Below are positions 37,922 through 51,509 of a DNA stretch of 64,000 nucleotides, one piece after another. How positions within the stretch are numbered: position 1 is the stretch's first letter; each line of letters opens with the position of its first letter. Made by a program: the position numbers and the translations under genes. The stretch comes from Octopus bimaculoides (Eukaryota). The notes under the pieces were generated by a model. That model ran no database searches. It was not told the DNA's origin and saw nothing but the letters and a program-made list of their open reading frames with translations. The stretch covers positions 178,132,864 through 178,196,863 of the forward strand of contig NC_068981.1 of assembly GCF_001194135.2 (NCBI RefSeq). The letters are read 5' to 3'.

Positions 37922-40900
37922 CGTGCATGTGTGTTATGCGGAACGTTCTGTTTTTAGCCACTCAAAAATAGTAGGTTTTTTTTAAATAACAGCAAACAAA
38001 TATAAAAATGTTAGAATGATGCCTGAGAAGTTACTTTTGAAAATTCACAAATGAAACAGCAGGGAAAAATGTTGAAGAAATGAAGTGAATAATTTCCAGT
38101 AAGCAAATTCAATCTATGATGGATAAAATTTTTAAAAACTACAAGGAAAAGAAAATACAATTAGATCAGAAACAGATAATAACCATATTTTAATGGTAAT
38201 GATGCTTATCCACTGTTGAGATTTATACATTAATACTAATAATGTCTAAGCTTGTTAACATGAAATAAATAATATTTTGAAAACAGGAATATAAAATGAA
38301 AGGATGACCCAATAATATATTAATTTAGTTGATGGTAGCATAGAGAGAGACAACAAAAATAAGATGATATAGTATAATGTGTCTGTTACTGAACAAGACA
38401 TTTCACTGTAGTGAATATAAATCTCATAGTTGCAAGTTGAGATGTAGTGATGTTGACTGAGACTTCCATCACATTAAAATGAATTAAGCAGCTCTAGTTC
38501 CTTGGTACAAAAAAGGGTGAAAAATAAATCCTAACTCCTGAGAGAAAAGTTGTCTATCACAAGTAACAATGGATCTCCAGCAGTTTTGATGATGTGGATT
38601 CAGTTGGCTGATCAACCCAATTACTTTTTCACTGAATTGGCATGAACATAGCTGAGCATACCACAGATACATGTACTCTTCATGTAATTCTCAGATGAAC
38701 CAGCACGATAACAAAGTTGTACTTTTGATTATGGGTACAAGCTTTCCAATGAGATTATAGGCACAAGTTTTCTAATGAGATTCTGCCTAATTTCACTCAC
38801 AAGGCTTGAGTCGACTTGAGTCAATGTAAAAGACATTTGCCCAAGAGACCATGCAGTGGAATCAAACCCAGGACTTTGTGGTTATGAAGCAAATGTCTTA
38901 ACTATTCAGTTATGCTGCAAACTATAACAAGAAACTGCTAGGTAAACAGATGCAATACATAAAAATATTCTGGTTACAAACATGATGAAATATCTACAAT
39001 GAATCTGAATACATAAATTATGAGCCAGCTGATAGTCCAAACCATATACATTAGATCATTCCACTCCAACATGAATCCCTTTGGAAGTTAATAAAATTAG
39101 AATCAAGTTAATTAACAAGTAACTAATTTCCTATGCTAGTAATACTTTAGTTATCCAACCCCCAAAAATCTACTTGTATCTGGCTTTTATTAACACTGGT
39201 CCTCACAAAGTATTGCATTAGTTTTGTACAATACATGCCGCATTATATAATCTCTTGTTTATCTATAATTGATGACAAGAATCATACAGTTATTTTGTTT
39301 CACTTCTTAGGTGAATATATTTGTTAATTTAGTAAAATACTGGTTCAAAAAGAGAATTGGGAAACTCTGGCATTTGTGCTTTTCGCAAGAGCATTAGAGT
39401 CATGAGAAGCTGTTCAAACTAGATCGGTTTACAAGCAATGAGAATAATACACAAGATCTACAGGTACCTACTGTCCACAGTGATCAGGAATCTTCTCTAC
39501 TACAGCTTTAAAATAATCCAATAAGGATATGATGCAATTAATTGCTGTTTAGTCCTTGTCAGCCCTGATCAAAGAGACCTATGCCTATGGCATTCCAGAC
39601 ACGGTCATCCCATTTTATTTTTAGATATTGTGCAGAAACCAGGAAATTATATGACTTGGGAAAGAGCATTATTCTTTTTCCTTCTTTTTTTTTTAAGATA
39701 GTAGTATGTGGTTTGAAGAAAATGAAGAAAATCTGATTGCTATTATAGCAGGTCAAAAGAAGCATATCGAGTTTCAGAGTATTTGAATATAGTACTACAG
39801 ACTGAGAGGCTCTCTCATCAATTGCAATCTAAGAGTATTCTAGTTGTTCAGTCAACAAAACTAACAGTTCATTGAATTGTGGTGTTAAATGACTGAGTGT
39901 TCTACAGATTCCTAATGTAAAAACTTTCAGGTAGAATCTACAATGTCCTTAAATTACCATTACAATTTGAAAAATTCAGGTAAAAAAAAAATGAAAAATA
40001 AGGATAACTCAGCAGAGTTTATTGACAAACAAATAGAGTTTTATTACAAACATCATAACTCTTCCACATGGTCTCCATTGGATGCATGCAACGCATTCAG
40101 ATGATACAGAAAAGAGTGGAAGTTGAGAAGATAATTTATGAAGACCTGTGTGACAAAACTAAGCCTTCAATTCCATGACACAGTCCATCTAAGAAGTTTC
40201 CAAAGGAGTTTCTGCTTAATCTGCATTAGTCTGAAGTCATTTCATAGAAATCACTACAGACCAATGACCCCCACCCCATTATAATTAAACAATATAACTG
40301 ATGATAATAAAACAGAGAGTCACAGTTCCTCTTCTAAAACTTAATTTCTGCTAGATTGGTAAACTGCTTTAAATTATGGAGATGTATGTCAGAATACAAA
40401 CAGAATACAAACTTTTAACCTTTCACACAGAAGTTAATATATTAACTACTGATTCCATGTAATTTCCTGTTAGTTAAACCTCGCCAGGAGATTGTTGAAT
40501 TAAATATATTGAGATGGAAATTACCAACATTATATTTAACATAAATACAAGTTGAATCAAATATTTACCAAGCATCAATCCAAAATAAATAGTTAAACTA
40601 GAATAAATTAACTGTCAAAATATTAATGAATATACAAACAAAGTGCCTTTAAGCTTATTTAAATAATAATTTAATACACACTTCATTATATAAAATCTTT
40701 CAAGAAACAGTATGAATGTGAAAGAAAAACAAAAACATAACTGAATATGAGTTGAAGAAAGCTGAAGGGAAAAGCAATGTGAGAAAGCCCTTGATAACAA
40801 CAACGTAACATTGGAGGTAGAAAAGAAGAGGAATAAGAGGGCAATTCAGATGTTTTGCAGATATTATTAAATCTTTATAGATGTGAAAATATTTTTAGCA

Positions 40901-41096
40901 AATCAGTTAGGATTTACCAACAAAAAATTAAAGCTGGTACAGAAGATTGTGTTATTACTAATCCATCTTCACCACTTACAAAAATAAACAAGTATAAAAA
41001 TGCAAAAGAAATGTAAAAACCACCCACCTCTGCAAATTAGCGTTATGGTGTGAGCATGCACACATATGCGCACGCGCACGCGCACANNNNNNNNNN

Positions 41097-41149
<53 letters not shown>

Positions 41150-41690
41150 TATTAAATAAACATAATATTTTTTCTATCAATTAGCAAAAATAAATTGAAG
41201 CAACTTTCCAATTCAAACTTCTAAAATTAGCATTATATTTAATTCACATATAAAAATATAAAAAAATAAACATCTAATTTGTTTTTCTATATCCTACTAA
41301 AGATGCCTCCTCAGATTATTTTTATTGGGTAATTAATAAATTATTGAAATTAAGAATAAACATGTCTAATAAAATGGTCAGATTAATCTAGTACAGCTTA
41401 CTAGCTTCAGTGATAACCATCAAGGTTAATAAAGAGGCTTCAGAGTTGAGTGTGTTAAGTTGAGGATTAGAAGCTGTAGCTTAATTTCAATTCTCAGAAT
41501 AGCTTTTCTTGGGTAAGGAGTATATTCTTTTACACTTTTTACTAGTTTCAGTTACTGGTCTACAACCATGCTGAAGTACTGCTGTTACTTACTTAAGTCA
41601 GCTACATATTTTATTAACATCTGTTTGTCAAACCTCTGGACTATAGGACATAAATGAACACATCATAAACACCAGATTTTAGATTGGTGT

Positions 41691-41721
<31 letters not shown>

Positions 41722-43239
41722 TTTATTGGAACAATAATTTGCAAGTTTACATTATCTCTTTCGATCAGCTTGATCTATTCAGAACTAATCAGATTAATTC
41801 TGAAATGATCAAGTTGATTGAAACAGATTTACAAACTTGTAAACTATTCTTTAAATAAACTAATATATTTAAATCTACTTCTTAAAGTATTGAGTACTTT
41901 ACTTGGTGAATGTCCTTGCTCTCACAAACAACCACATACTATTTATATATATTAAAGTTTGTATAGCACAGACATGGTTGTGTTGTTAGGAAGTTTGCTT
42001 CTCAACTATGTGCTTTCAGTAATTAAAACTTTTAGATAAAATTTAACAGCAAATAAATTGCACTCAAGTTATAAATTAATGCCTGAATCGGAGACTAAAA
42101 TGCCTGCTTTGGCATCATTATCTATGCTACATTGACTTCCCTTAGCTCTTTCATTAATGATGCTTAAATTAAATCTAATAACAAAAGTTCCCATCCAGTA
42201 TGTTGCAAAATAGCCATTAACCAGAGAAAACCTCATTGTAAGAGTTAAATAATAATAATTTTTTTAATCATAATACACTGAAAAAATTCAACTTATGTGT
42301 TTTTGTACAAATGTGATGAAGCCTTGTACAAGATATGATGTAACTATCAAAGGTGGATTTAGTTGTATATCCAATTTTAAGAGACAGCAGAACTCATGTT
42401 CCTAACACCATTGCTTGATGAAATGGAAAGTATGGCTTCTTCCATAATGCACAATTTTAATTGATACCCAACTAGTTCTTCATTTTTCTTTTCACATCAC
42501 TGTCCAACATCTACAGTATTACTGATTCTCTTAGCAGTATGATTTATATTAAAACAACTAATCTCTTTTCCTCGCCTTAAATCCAATTAACTTTTCTTTC
42601 TCTCATCTATCCACATCTTGAAAGGATATCAACACCAAAATTCTGCTTTCACTTTTAATTTTTGTCATTTCCTTATTCTTTAAACCTTTGCGTACTGAAA
42701 TAATTTTTGTATTTGATTTTCAATATCATTATGATATTCAATTTTTTTTCTGAAAGTATAATTTCATTTGTACTTTGTCAAGGGATGGGGGAGACTTACT
42801 CAAAACTGGCAAGACTGTAAAAACCACAAACTATTTACCATTAAGCAAAAAAAAATTTGTTAAATAAAAAAAAAGTCTAAGTAAACTCAAATAATTTATT
42901 TAAAAACTTCTTTTAATTAACTTCTAATATTTACTTGGAATATTGACAAATGCCCAAAAGAAATAATTTTTGCACTTGATTTTGAAAGACATAACAATGT
43001 AAGTCACAAAAAAATATATGTTTGTAAGTAAAGAGAATGCCTGTAATATTTGGTCTGATATTTTGCATTCTAAGTTCAAGTCCTGCTGAGATCAACTGTA
43101 TCTTTCATCTTTCAGGGGTCAATACATAATGTACCAGTCTAGAGCAGTGGAGAGGCAGAAATGTTAGCATCACATGGGACACCCTGCAATATTTCTTGTG
43201 ACTTTTTGTTTTCTGAATTCAAATCCTGCAGCGACTTAC

Positions 43240-43414
43240 TTGGGTGGTAGACTTCAATTGTCACTCATTTTAATACTACCACCTGATCCTTAGGTTCCTT
43301 TACCAGAGTCCAAGGACACTGTCATCCATTCCTCCTTCTGAGCTAGCTGTTTTAGAGGCTCTACAAGGGGTCCTCAACACTGCCTTTCCTTCCTTCCCAA
43401 GAGATAAAAATAGC
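43240..43414 (-). other. Candidate 175-nt non-coding exon
   Basis: gttgaaatcttcag|GCTATT...CCACCCAA|gtaagt; GC-richer than its flanks; stops in all frames. Confidence 0.25.
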
Positions 43415-43586
43415 CTGAAGATTTCAACTAAACAGTCATAATATTTTCAACAAAATGTTAATATATAATTTCCACTGCTATTTTGTGTAATGACTGAATA
43501 TAAGAATAGTTGAGAAAATGACAAAATGAAGATTAAAAGCAGTAATTTCTTAAAAAGAAATTAGTCCCATGTTGGTGTGTGATTAA

Positions 43587-44582
43587 CCCTTTTGTTACTA
43601 TATTTCTGACCAAAATACACCACTCATAAGTTTCAATTAAATTCTAAAATAATCATGAATTTAGACTAGTCTCATTAAACACCTGTAACTTTTTTATTTA
43701 TCAACATATTAATGTGATATTTGGAACATAATTAAAGAAAGGGTTCTTAATCAATTCTATTGCATAATTTTTGTCTCAAAGTTCTCCACGTACTGGGGGG
43801 GGGGTGTACTGCTAGTGTCTCTCACATGTAAATATTGGTTCAGCTTCACGAATCGTACTCGTTCATGATACTGGAAATATATTCATCGCCAAAAGGTTCC
43901 TGATCGCTCCAGTAATTTGTTATTCTGGGTAACTGTCTANNNNNNNNNNNNNNNNNNNNNNNNNNNNNNNNNNNNNNNNNNNNNNNNNNNNNNNNNNNNN
44001 NNNNNNNNNNNNNNNNNNNNNNNNNNNNNNNNNNNNNNNNNNNNNNNNNNNNNNNNNNNNNNNNNNNNNNNNNNNNNNNNNNNNNNNNNNNNNNNNNNNN
44101 NNNNNNNNNNNNNNNNNNNNNNNNNNNNNNNNNNNNNNNNNNNNNNNNNNNNNNNNNNNNNNNNNNNNNNNNNNNNNNNNNNNNNNNNNNNNNNNNNNNN
44201 NNNNNNNNNNNNNNNNNNNNNNNNNNNNNNNNNNNNNNNNNNNNNNNNNNNNNNNNNNNNCGATATCTCCATATCTTCTGTTGAAAAACCTTCAAATTCG
44301 GAATCACTGCTTGATAGCATGAAACTCCTCTCCATCTTCAAAGTTGAAAAAAATTAAAGCCGCAAAAAAATGTGGAAAAAAATCTTCCAAAATTCACTGA
44401 GTTCAAATATCACGCCAAACAATGTGAGAGACAATAACTCAACAGTTTGCAAAGTGAAATCAGATGTTTTAACGAATGTACTAATGAGATTTGGGTTCAA
44501 ATATACATTTACGCTCGGCCGGCTACGGCCGGGTTAGTCTTATGAACCAAAAAATTTTTCGGCCGGGTTAGTAATGAAAGGG
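43587..44582 (-). mobile_element. piggyBac-derived non-autonomous element
   Basis: TTAA on both sides (43583-86, 44583-86) with CCCTTT termini. Transposase remnants: SSSDSEFEGFS (acidic N-terminus) and LPRITNYWSDQEPFGDEYISSIMN[fs]RVRFVKLNQYLHVRD. Contains a 321-N gap. Confidence 0.88.
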
Positions 44583-44694
44583 TTAAGGAAATTTAAGTAA
44601 AACAAAACAAAAAATGCACAGAGAAATAAACTCTCTCTCTCTATCTGTCTATCTATCTATCTATCTATCTATCTACGCACACACATACACACAC

Positions 44695-44908
44695 AGAGGC
44701 TTTAAATTTTTGCCACAAGGCCAGCAGTTTTGAGGGAAGAAGCAAGTTGATTACATCGACCCCAGTACTCAACTGATACTTATTTTATCAACCCATAAAG
44801 GATCAAAAGAAAAGTCAGCGTCAGAGATGGCTTTTGAACTCAGAACATAAAGACAGGTGAAATACCACTAAGCATTTTGCCTGGTGTGATAACAATTCTG
44901 CCAGCTTC
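44695..44908 (-). mobile_element. Third SINE family copy
   Basis: Homologous to 24805-25005 (gattacatcgaccccagtactcaactg...ttgaactcagaac...taagcattttgc). Confidence 0.75.
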
Positions 44909-46760
44909 CCTCCCCCCACACATACATACACATACACATACACATACACTCATCATTGACATTAAATGGTGGCAATGGTGATGGTGGTGGTTGTGTGTGT
45001 GTGTGTATTAACAACAATTTTCTCAAGTAACTTTAGGCATATTGAAAATATTTTTCAAGTTTTATAAGTTATAGAATTCCTATATGAATGCTAATTCCAT
45101 CTGCAGTTTGATTTGAAATTTGCTTATAGTAAGAGACAGCCAGGAATTCAACAGGCTTATTAAATAGAAAGAATCTTCCAATTCTAAGGACACTGAAGTA
45201 TAACTACATATCTCAAGATTTGTAAAACAAGTAAGGAACTAAATATGAAAAAGACTTAAGTTTCTAGTTGGGTCTAAAATGAATTATAAATGAAACTCTT
45301 TACTTTTATTTTTCATAAATAGAAATTATTTATCGAGGTATGTTTAAGTAATTTTACCAATTTTCTTTAATTGAATAACATATAATTAACTACCTCCTCT
45401 TTTTTTTTTTGCCCACCTTCAAATTATTCCTCTGCATAATTTTTTCAAAACACATTAGGAGCAGAATTCTAAATAAGAGAAAAGACTGCTAAAAATTTAA
45501 ATCTCAGTGATAAGGAGCTGTATAATACCTTAGTGGATGGAGAAATTATATGTAGTAGACCCATCTAATTCATGCAAGCATAGAAAAGCTGATGTTAAAA
45601 TCATGATGGTGGTGGTAGTGGCGGTGACAATGATGGCGATGATTCTTCTTGCAGAGAGTGAATAAATATGTAAGTACAGGAAGACATTATAATGTGAGGT
45701 TATCATATTAATGCTTCAGCCATTACCTCAGCTGGATGATTTTACAGCAGTTTAGCAGGCACAAGCTGGCAACAGCTAATGTAGTATGAAAAGTTTACTG
45801 GAAAATCTATTGGCTCATCTACTGGAGTTCAGTACCTTTTCAATTAAATTATTTTATTAACTCCAATGCAGAAATGGAGAGATTTCACAAGTTATCTCTA
45901 TTTACATATAAAGATTTATTTATATTTATTTTTATGATCTTCTCCTGAAATAAAACTCTCAAATAAATTTTAATTCAAATTCCTCTTTCGCATTTCTTGG
46001 GAGTTAAGAACCTTATGAAAAATGTGTATGTGCACATGCATGTGTGTGTGTGTGTGTGTGTATCCGTGTCTAGCCACCATTTTTTTCAGTGGAGATAGCA
46101 GCTTTCTCCTCCCTTTTCACAATGTGTTTCTTTTTTAAGCTCTCATTTTGGCTTTTAATGTTATAAAAAGTGTGTGTGCATGCACGCACATGATGGACCA
46201 TTCTTTTATGCTATAGAACTTTTTCATAAACCCTCGCTATACACTTCTGCCTAACCCTTGGTCCTATGAATTAAGTAGTAACTGATTACTCATATAGTGA
46301 CTACCTCTCCACAGTCGTTCTCACACCTCTATCTACTTCTTTTCCCTCTGTTTAGAAGAATGACTTCAAAATACAATGAACATACAATAAAACTAATATA
46401 GAGTGTGAGGATGGCTCTTAGATTGGTAGGACAACACATTCAACCATACAAATGCAGTCAAATCAAATGAGAAATAATAAAAGAATAAAAACCCACATAA
46501 ATAACTATTAACATGGTTAGCATGAATTGTTATTTAGGCTTAGGTTAGCTTTGACTGAGCAAACATATAGCGAAAGTTATTCCAGCCATGACCATCCCAT
46601 CTTTCATTCAAATATAATGTATTTAGGATTACTTTATCCAATGTGTCCCCCCTTTTTTTAAAAAAAAAAAAGATGATTGGGTTTGATTTAAAAGATGATT
46701 GGGTTTGATTTAAAAGAGGTTTGGCTTCTATTTCTAGTAGGCTGAGCAACCATCTTCTAC

Positions 46761-47013
46761 CAGTGATTCTCAACTATTTTTCACCTATGCACTCCTTTGA
46801 TTCCTATTTAACTCTACTAGATCTCCATAGCCAACTGATGTTTAAATAAAATCCTATTATATTTTTATAAGTGAATATTATTAGAAACTGCATAAAACAT
46901 TATTGAAATATGTGTATTGTATAAGTATAAACTATTTTATTGCACATAAATTTTAACAACAATGTCTTATTTAGACTCCCAAGGGTCATATGGACACCGA
47001 CTGAGAACCACTG
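46761..47013. mobile_element. hAT (Charlie-like) MITE
   Basis: Termini cagtgattctcaac and gactgagaaccactg; AT-rich interior; TSD not clearly preserved. Confidence 0.7.
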
Positions 47014-47367
47014 ATCTAGAGGCTCCTTCATTGGCTATTTAGCTGATACTACACATGGTAGAGGTCATATATAAGCACTCCTTGACTACCATCAAGCACT
47101 CACCATCCTTCTCTTCAGCAAATCAGTTCCAATTTAATGAGTGGTAGTGCCAAGACAATAATAACAGACCTTGCATTTTATTTGAACTTTATCATTACAG
47201 TATATAAACGTGATGTGATGGCAGCTGTTCATCCCTGAAGATTATGAAGTAGAGTGACAGGCATACATGCAGAATTGAAGTTGCAACTCCCAGTACTATT
47301 GAGTACCTGTTGTTTTCATCTCTTCTCTGTCATTACAGGGCTTTTCTTCCTGCTTGCACTTAAAGTT

Positions 47368-47525
47368 TTAGAGTGAGAGTCCCCACAATCCGATCCCATT
47401 CTTTAAACTTGAAGGATAAGACAGCTGTGGCAACCAGCAAGCAGTAGGCTTTACAATGGAGAGGCCTTCTCCTAGGTGAATTGCTTTACATGGCTGGAGA
47501 GCTCCACCTACCCTAGTTAGAGTAG
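47368..47525 (-). mobile_element. Possible LINE 5' UTR fragment
   Basis: GC-rich block (cagccatgtaaagcaattcacctaggagaagg) resembling RTE 5' regions; family assignment weak. Confidence 0.3.
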
Positions 47526-48337
47526 AGTAACATAAATAAGAAGTCAATAAAGGCAATTTAAAAACGTAAAGGTGGTAAAGAAAATTTATTCAATATTTCA
47601 GTTTTAACAAACCCTAAACTAAAACTAAGCATTTTGAATTGAAAAGTGAACTGTAAATAATACGAAACCATTTTGTCATAATCAAAGGCTATATCTTCTA
47701 ATTGCATAGATTGTCTTAGTCTCATTTATATTACCAACAACTGAGAACAACATTTACTCAAACTTTGAGAGGTGTGTTCAAAATGATTAGAATAGTGATG
47801 TGTGTGCGTGCGTGTGTGTGTGTGTGTGTGTTGGAAAACTACAGTTTAAAGAAATTATCTAGTAGACAAAAACTCCCTATAGAATGTTATACATCCCACA
47901 GCAAACTCCTGACAACTTAAGTTTTTCAATTCACTATGTAACAAATTGTTTAGTATGCAGAATGCTTCTCATTGATATTTATAATCAACATCAATCCATT
48001 CCATATATATATATATATATACTGGCACCCATTAAGGAGAGTATGCAGTACTAATAAATCTAATAAGGCTGAAATAAGCTTTTGCTTGCACCAGTGGGAA
48101 AGATTAGATCTGATACCATCAGTGCAATTTTTTTCTTTTAGAGTTTCTAAAAACTAAAATTCTAGTTGATTATATTGGACCTATCAAGTTATTGCCTGTT
48201 GTTTTTTAGATGTTAAAGACCACAATAGGGAGTTTAATCTACCAACTGCAGGGATAAACCCAAGTAAATCAAAGTTCTTCAACTTACAATATTACATATG
48301 TGAGGTTACATTTGTATTTAGTATACAGAACACTCAC

Positions 48338-48530
48338 CTGAGATTATTTTCACTCAGTTATATTGCTGCAAGATTACTGAGCCTACCAGAGTTAGTAGTG
48401 GTCATTTATATAAATATGGAGCGCACCATATACATACTGCATTTTCTGGAACGCAATTCAAATTTTTTAAACCAGAATTTACAGCCGAAAAATGGAAGGC
48501 CAGCTTATACACTTAGACAACTTTGGAGAA
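48338..48530 (-). other. Candidate 193-nt non-coding exon
   Basis: ggaatttttag|TTCTCC...AATCTCAG|gtgagt; stops in all frames. Confidence 0.2.
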
Positions 48531-49288
48531 CTAAAAATTCCATGTGAAATGTAACAGGGTTTGGAAAGAAAGTGATGATGTTTGAATATTCACACTACAC
48601 ATTTATACTGATATGACATCAACTTGTATGCCGAAAAATAGGATACTGTTTGGTCTTGCTGATTAAGATCAGGTCAACTCTGATCCAGTAGACATATGGT
48701 CAAGGCTTTTTCAGCACAACTATCTCATTTTTTTTATTTTTAAGTGTCAGTGTAGTTAAAAACACATTATTCAATGTATCCTTTATTTATTAAGATGGCA
48801 ATGTGATTTGAGAGAAATTTATGTGCTATTTCTAGAATGTCCAAATAATCATGTTGAAGTTCTCTCTTCAGCTTGTGCCCTCTTTGTGAAATATGCAGGT
48901 GAAATTCTCATACTAATATTCTCCTACTATAAGAAGCATGCAATATTTTCAAAATGTGCATGAATACAGATTCACACGTTAGTTTTTTGATCAGAATCCA
49001 ACAGGATTAGGATTGCTTTAACTTCACAATTTTCACCTAATAAAAAAAAAAAAGACAAAATAACACATTCATCTAACCTCAACAGCAAATTGTATTTGTA
49101 TGTCCATTTCAAACTGACCTTTTTAACTCATGTTAAATTTTGGAATATGAACAACAATATACAAAAATATGTGGTGAAGGAGTTCCAGCAAGTAGTCATA
49201 TAACATCCAGAGACAAAATGAATGTCTTAAAGCCTAACAGAAAATGGATAAAAAGTAGTGGAAGGTGGGAGGTGAGTCAACTCTTTAC

Positions 49289-49402
49289 CAAAATATCTGC
49301 TACTTCAAAACTAGAGATTCTATCACCAATGCAACCACTGGATCTACTTTTTGGGGGAAATGGCTGAAAATATGCACCATCTCGGGACCTTCTCCAAAGA
49401 GG
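49289..49402 (-). other. Candidate 114-nt phase 0-0 exon (NAGNAG acceptor)
   Basis: attttctttttaaagtag|CCT CTT...ATT TTG|gtaaag; open frame PLWRRSRDGAYFQPFPPKSRSSGCIGDRISSFEVADIL; unrecognised. Confidence 0.25.
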
Positions 49403-51346
49403 CTACTTTAAAAAGAAAATAATAATAATAATACTAAAAACCCAAATTCCATGATTCTAACACAATATAAACACTTATAAATCGACCAATTGGAAATACT
49501 GACAAATGTCTTAGAGTTTATGTAATAATACTCTACTGAATGTGTGAAAATGTAATGTGTTTTACTTTAGTAGCACCAACCATTAGATATATGTATTTGA
49601 GAACACATAAGCATAGCAATGTCATTTATTAAAAGAGCATTTCAACAGTGGATAGGATACAGAAGTAACATTTTCTATTAAGACCATTGATGGAAACATC
49701 AGTAAATTACATATTAAAGAATACTTATTAGGTGTCTACAACCACAAATTTAACAATCTCCATAAGCTGCTCAATTGTAAACAAGTTTATTGCATGATTT
49801 GAACATCACAGCCCACACATCATTGCTATGCTTCAGTTCAAAATTTTTCCATTTAAAATTAGGACTTGTAAAAGCTGAAATATTGAATAAATTGATCTTA
49901 GATCAACTTTGCATTGTTAATTAGCTTTTATTACCATCTTATTTCTATCATAATAATGGAGATGTTATAATGTAGGTGATGCACTGCATGCAAATGGAGA
50001 CATGCATAAACTAAATTGATTACAGGGAAAGAATGAAGTTATAAGTTTGTGTGGGAAGGTAATAATATCAGTTATAATCTAAACAAATAAGTGGAAGAGT
50101 TATTTTAGAGTAACAGAATATGATTGAGGCAGTTGATTTTGAAGTGATAACTATGGCAACCACTTTATACATATGCAAGATGTATAACAGTTGAGAAACA
50201 AAAGTTTTGAGATACAAAGCAGAACTGTATTTTTTTTAAAAAGTGGCACCAAGGATATTGTTAGCATTACAGTAGAATTTATTGACTGCATTAGAAAACA
50301 AAAGAAATGAACATGCATGCATTTACAGAGGATCTCACCAATATACAAGGAATAGTGAAAACCCAAAGATCTGGGAGCTATGTGACACTAACTGATTTTT
50401 CATCTCAATAACAAACTCCAGAAAACTAGTCTAACTGGTTACTTATTAGGTTGAAACCAAGAGAGAAAAAATGACTTTTCTGACAAGAGAAAATATAGAC
50501 AGATGATTATAAACAACAAACACTTACTGCTCTTGAGGAATAAGTCCCAACATAATACACTTCTCTTCAATAGCATGTGGATTTCTCTTAAATTATGATT
50601 TGAATAGCTTTAAGGTCATTCACCTTCTAAGCATAAACAGTTGGCATAGTTCATATTTTTTATTCTCTCTTAACTAGCTATAACTAATAGCTACCTTTCC
50701 ATTCAGTCTCTAGATTCTCAGCCATCTTTCCATGGAAGTGATTAATAGATTAATGGTTAGTGAATTCATGTTGAACTTTAAGGTGAAAAATAAAAGAGAG
50801 AACCACAATTGGGATATAGAAGGAATGTAGAGAAAGATACTGAAAACTGTCTCAGTTATGGCTTGCTTTACATAGAACAAGTCCATATTAAAACAAGACC
50901 TTTTGGAGGTATTCTTAAAACAATACTATAAGCTACTGACCAGTTATAAGTGGAGAAGAAACCCAAACAAACATCCAATAATGGTGAAATTGTGAATCAG
51001 TTAAAAACAGATGAGTGACTGCCATTGAAGAAATGAAAGAAGCTAGACACTAGGTAGAAAGTAGCTATTAGTTATACTCTTAGCTAAGAGATAAGCAGAA
51101 AATAGGGACGGATGCCAAACTTTTAAACCAAGAGAATGAGTGGCTTAAAATTATTCAATTCATGAGACAATATTTAGGATAATCAGTATAGTAATGAAAA
51201 GAAATGTCTCCATAGCTGTTCACAAATCATTAGATTATATATAAACACCTAAGGTTTATCTCTAAATACCAAAATCTTAATATATATATATATGTTTGTG
51301 TATTTGTTTTGCAAGATTCCTGATGTGAAATTGTGTTTTGAAACAG

Positions 51347-51509
51347 ATATTGTTATATTTGGGGATGGTCATATTTTTTGCCAATTAACCACATGCACTA
51401 TATACTTGGTCTTCACTTCAGCTTAGTGAAGCTGAAGCAAAGACCAAGTATATATAGTGTGTGCAGTTAATTGGCAAAAAAATATGACCATCCCCAAATA
51501 TAACAATAT
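51347..51509. repeat. Long fold-back palindrome (~80-bp arms, 4-nt loop)
   Basis: atattgttatatttggggatggtcatat...cttcagctt-agtg-aagctgaag...atatgaccatccccaaatataacaatat. Confidence 0.9.

Noticed and set aside
39290-39320. Plus-strand AG|GT site (ttgtttcacttcttag|gtgaat)
   Set aside because: Weaker donor, no downstream RS-exon donor, and opposite to the inferred transcription direction. It tempers confidence in the minus-strand model.
40060-40140. Minus-strand ...ASNGDHVEEL* resembling a mariner C-terminus
   Set aside because: Too short and degenerate; no TIR identified.
45643-45675. Plus-strand 15-nt microexon-like motif (ttcttcttgcag|AGAGTGAATAAATAT|gtaagt)
   Set aside because: Short pyrimidine tract abutting a repeat tail, with no supporting plus-strand exons. 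Kept as a control showing such motifs can arise by chance.
46660-46720. Direct repeat aaaagatgattgggtttgattt x2
   Set aside because: Simple slippage duplication within a repeat; only two units with no spacer, so not CRISPR-like.
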